From: Chrysochromulina tobinii
Lineage: Eukaryota
DNA length: 36,903 bases
Direction of reading: 5' to 3'
NCBI GenBank assembly: GCA_001275005.1
Contig: JWZX01002771.1
Coordinates: forward strand, 1 to 36,903
The notes beneath the pieces are model-generated. The model made no database searches. It was not told the origin of the DNA and worked only from the letters and a program-made list of their open reading frames with translations. This document shows, piece by piece, positions 35,209-36,903 of the stretch; within the stretch, counting starts at the first letter, position 1, and each line of letters opens with the position of its first letter. Position numbers and translations under genes: made by a program.

Positions 35209-35796
35209 ATGCCCGTCGGCATCTCGCAGACGGGCACGCGCCTGATGCTGCACCTGATGAAATCGAGCGTCCCCAATGGGCCGCTGCTTCTGTGCCAGAC
35301 CGACCAGCAGCTCATTCAGCTCGCAGTGAACCATGGAGTCCCGATACCCATGGAACTCATGATGCAATTTGCCTCCTCAACTCCGGAAATGATTCTGCTA
35401 CCGGTCCGGCCCGTCGGGCTACCGCCTTCGCCGCCCCCAGTCGAGCTAGCGTCTCCCGAGAGCTATCCGTCGTCGCCACCCGACAGTCCACCGAAAAAGA
35501 CCCCCGCGCGGCACGTTGCGGAAAAGCTGGAAGCAGCTTCAGCAGCAGCTGACAGTGACATACCATCCGCTCGCAAGCCCAAGAAGCCCAAGAAGGTCAA
35601 AGGGTCCAAGAAGGCCAAGGCGGGCGCGACGGGAGCGGACGCCGCAGAAGAGGGTGATTACAGCATCGATCGGCCACCACAGAGGCCCAAGCGCGTTCGT
35701 CCTGCGAAGAAGCGAGCCGTTCAGAAAGAGCTGGAAGCTGCCGAGGACGAGGAGATGTGGAGACACACTCCCAGGACTACTGCGGCGCTCATGTGA
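35209..35796 (+). CDS. Hypothetical Pro/Lys-rich protein with NLS-like basic clusters
   Basis: ORF from ATG 35209 with RKPKKPKKVKGSKKAK and RPKRVRPAKKR; GC3-biased codons. Confidence 0.5.
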   Translation: MPVGISQTGTRLMLHLMKSSVPNGPLLLCQTDQQLIQLAVNHGVPIPMELMMQFASSTPEMILLPVRPVGLPPSPPPVELASPESYPSSPPDSPPKKTPARHVAEKLEAASAAADSDIPSARKPKKPKKVKGSKKAKAGATGADAAEEGDYSIDRPPQRPKRVRPAKKRAVQKELEAAEDEEMWRHTPRTTAALM

Positions 35797-36321
35797 GCGC
35801 GCCCGCCCATGCTACGGTGTAGATACCATTGATGCCGTGCTTCGCGTGGTATGGTGCGTCGTATCGAGCGAAATACTGTTCTGTCAGCCTGCGACGCGCA
35901 TTGGCTTAGAGGTGCCTGCGCGCGCAGTGCATGCGGGTTCTGGTCACGAGTAGCCTCAGAAGGTCCCTTAGAGAGAAGAGGGCGAGTAGCCTGCATAAGT
36001 AGCAAACCGGGTAGCAATTTTATACATAGTATTTTTCCGGAGACGATTTGCAGTTTGAATTTCTTACTGAATTTCCGGGGCCTATAATTATCTACTTAAA
36101 GATGTCGTGCGTACGTCGTGAAGCCTCCTGTGACACTCCCGACGCTGACTCAATTCTCACACGTAACTCACAGGAATCAACTTTCATCCGCATCCACGGT
36201 TTCACGTCGAAAGTTGGGTTTTGGAGATTTGGACCAAAACCGTTGCTTCCACAGCGCGACGCCGCCAACTGACGAGCGTTCCACGATCCTCTCGATCCAC
36301 TCCCGAACTCTCTCTTACAAA

Positions 36322-36903
<582 letters not shown>

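Overview
High-GC, gene-dense eukaryotic nuclear DNA with short spliceosomal introns. Composition, intron style and the LRR family present suggest a haptophyte alga, possibly Chrysochromulina-like; this is inference. About 17 protein-coding genes can be supported: a coiled-coil/Zn-ribbon protein, a GT11-like fucosyltransferase, a P2X-like channel with EF-hands, a PDZ protein, SEC23, a Skp1/F-box/LRR fusion, a small coiled-coil protein, a WW+ARM protein, a Pro-rich membrane protein with an IQ motif and 6 EF-hands, a YtqB/MnmM-like methyltransferase, sterol C24-methyltransferase, a mitochondrial carrier, an RI-like LRR protein, three hypotheticals and the 5' part of alpha-tubulin. Four observations stand out. 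(1) A family of introns is built from sense-oriented 10-nt CTGA(T/G)(G/T)GC repeats with a shared TGATTGCNTCCCT(C/A)(A/C)TCAG end, and these introns carry templated copies of the neighbouring exon, which suggests active intron creation. (2) One polypeptide fuses Skp1, an F-box-like motif and LRRs, and its two introns share an 11-nt motif. (3) The P2X-like channel is fused to EF-hands and an unfamiliar repeat. (4) An inverted copy of the P2X exon1/intron1 junction lies just past its own stop codon. Exon boundaries were inferred by eye from splice signals and reading-frame continuity; no database searches were run.
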